Of a DNA stretch of 64,000 nt, positions 63,042 to 64,000 are shown piece by piece. The stretch's first letter is position 1; each line of letters opens with the position of its first letter. Position numbers and translations under genes: made by a program. The notes below the pieces were generated by a model, which did not search any database, was not told where the DNA came from, and was given only the letters and a program-made list of their open reading frames with translations. The DNA is taken from positions 2,208,001-2,272,000 of the forward strand of contig OY970320.1 in the NCBI GenBank assembly GCA_963716745.1, read 5' to 3'. The DNA is from an uncultured Gemmatimonadaceae bacterium. Lineage in GTDB: Bacteria; Gemmatimonadota; Gemmatimonadetes; Gemmatimonadales; Gemmatimonadaceae.

Positions 63042-63448
63042 GTGCGCATGCGCCCACGCTGCCGCTGACGCTCCTCGTTGAGCCGCTCGCGATGTGCCGG
63101 TTGCCCGCTGGCTCCGCGGTGCCGCCGTGGACGAGCGAGGCCAAGACATTCCTCACCATCAGTCGCACGCCTACGGAACTCTCCATCGTCGGCGATGAAC
63201 GCGCGTTCCCGGGCGGCATCGCGGCGCAGCGTGGATATCGCGCGTTCCGCGTGCAGGGTCCGCTCCCGCTCGATCTCGTCGGCATCTTCGCGTCGCTCGC
63301 TGCGCCGCTCGCGGCGGATGGCCTCGCGATCTTTCCCATCGCGACGTTCGAGACGGACTATCTGCTCGTGCATGGCGCCTATCTGGCACGCGCGATCGCG
63401 GCGCTTCGCTCCGCAGGCCATACGATCACCGAAGAGCCATCCCGCTAA
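63032..63448 (+). CDS. ACT-domain protein
   Basis: F..I.RT..ELSIV, GPL..DLVGI, I.TF.TDYLLV; start uncertain. Confidence 0.85.
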   Translation: MVLSAHAPTLPLTLLVEPLAMCRLPAGSAVPPWTSEAKTFLTISRTPTELSIVGDERAFPGGIAAQRGYRAFRVQGPLPLDLVGIFASLAAPLAADGLAIFPIATFETDYLLVHGAYLARAIAALRSAGHTITEEPSR

Positions 63449-63460
63449 GGAGCGTTCACA

Positions 63461-63919
63461 GTGCGCCTCTCGATCTTCGCCGCGCTGGCCAGCAGCGCAC
63501 TACTTCTCGGAAACTCGACCCAGCATGCGCCCGATCTCGCCGACGATCCCACGCAGCAGGTTATGCGCACCGAGATCGCCTTCGCGAAAACGATGGCCGA
63601 TCGCGACTACGCGGCGTTCGGCACGTTCGTCTCGGGCGAGGCGGTGTTCTTCACCAGCGACCAACCGCTGCGCGGCAAGCAGGCGGTGCTCGACCATTGG
63701 AAGCGCTACTATGACAAGGGACCTGCGCCATTCTCCTGGGCGCCGGAGAAGGTGGAGGTGCTCGAATCGGGCAAGCTCGCGCTCAGCACCGGCCCCGTGC
63801 GCGACCAGAGCGGCAAGGTGATCGGGACGTTCACATCCATTTGGCGGCAGGACGCGCCAGGAGTGTGGCACATTGTGTTCGACAAGGGGAATCCTGTATG
63901 TAAGAGCGAGGCGCAGTGA
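63461..63919 (+). CDS. NTF2-like (DUF4440) secreted protein
   Basis: E.AFA..MA.RD...F, FSW.P..VEV..SG.LA.S.GPV, IVFDKG; AAGGAG RBS. Confidence 0.85.
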   Translation: MRLSIFAALASSALLLGNSTQHAPDLADDPTQQVMRTEIAFAKTMADRDYAAFGTFVSGEAVFFTSDQPLRGKQAVLDHWKRYYDKGPAPFSWAPEKVEVLESGKLALSTGPVRDQSGKVIGTFTSIWRQDAPGVWHIVFDKGNPVCKSEAQ

Positions 63920-63920
63920 G

Positions 63921-64000
63921 ATGAATCGCATCCTGGGCTCGCTCGTTCTCGCCGCGTCCGTCATCTTTGCCGCGCCCGCGCAGATCGTGCATGTGGACCA
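63921..64000 (+). CDS. Secreted protein, N-terminus only (truncated by window edge)
   Basis: MNRILGSLVLAASVIFAAPAQ signal peptide starting right after the previous stop. Confidence 0.55.
   Translation, partial: MNRILGSLVLAASVIFAAPAQIVHVD

Overview
GC-rich bacterial chromosomal window. Gene content suggests Gemmatimonadota or Acidobacteriota (inference). No rRNA, tRNA, CRISPR array, transposase or integrase was recognised. Positions 1-23.9 kb hold an array of eight duplicated MacB/FtsX-type (ADOP-like) ABC permeases, two MacB-type ATPases and an NtrC-type sigma-54 two-component pair, with a matching -24/-12 promoter. Positions 24-64 kb are a mosaic of envelope, secreted and housekeeping genes, including dacB, beta-propeller proteins, a LVIVD/DUF305 pair, a Zn-metalloprotease, aceB, pirin, an SDR, an aminotransferase, a Tat-exported LanC-like protein and an S9 peptidase. 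Two things stand out. (1) A four-gene secreted operon at 42.3-44.3 kb consists of two pairs, each a protein carrying ITTPxITFTG-type strand repeats followed by a paralogous two-Cys beta-sandwich-like protein; it is a candidate undescribed fibre or scaffold system. (2) Four families of long intergenic palindromic elements are present. Family A has four copies of about 200 bp with covarying arms and a TTGTTGTTAACAACAA palindrome on the symmetry axis; families B-D bracket one- or two-gene units. Nine genes are interrupted by single-base frameshifts, most likely assembly errors.
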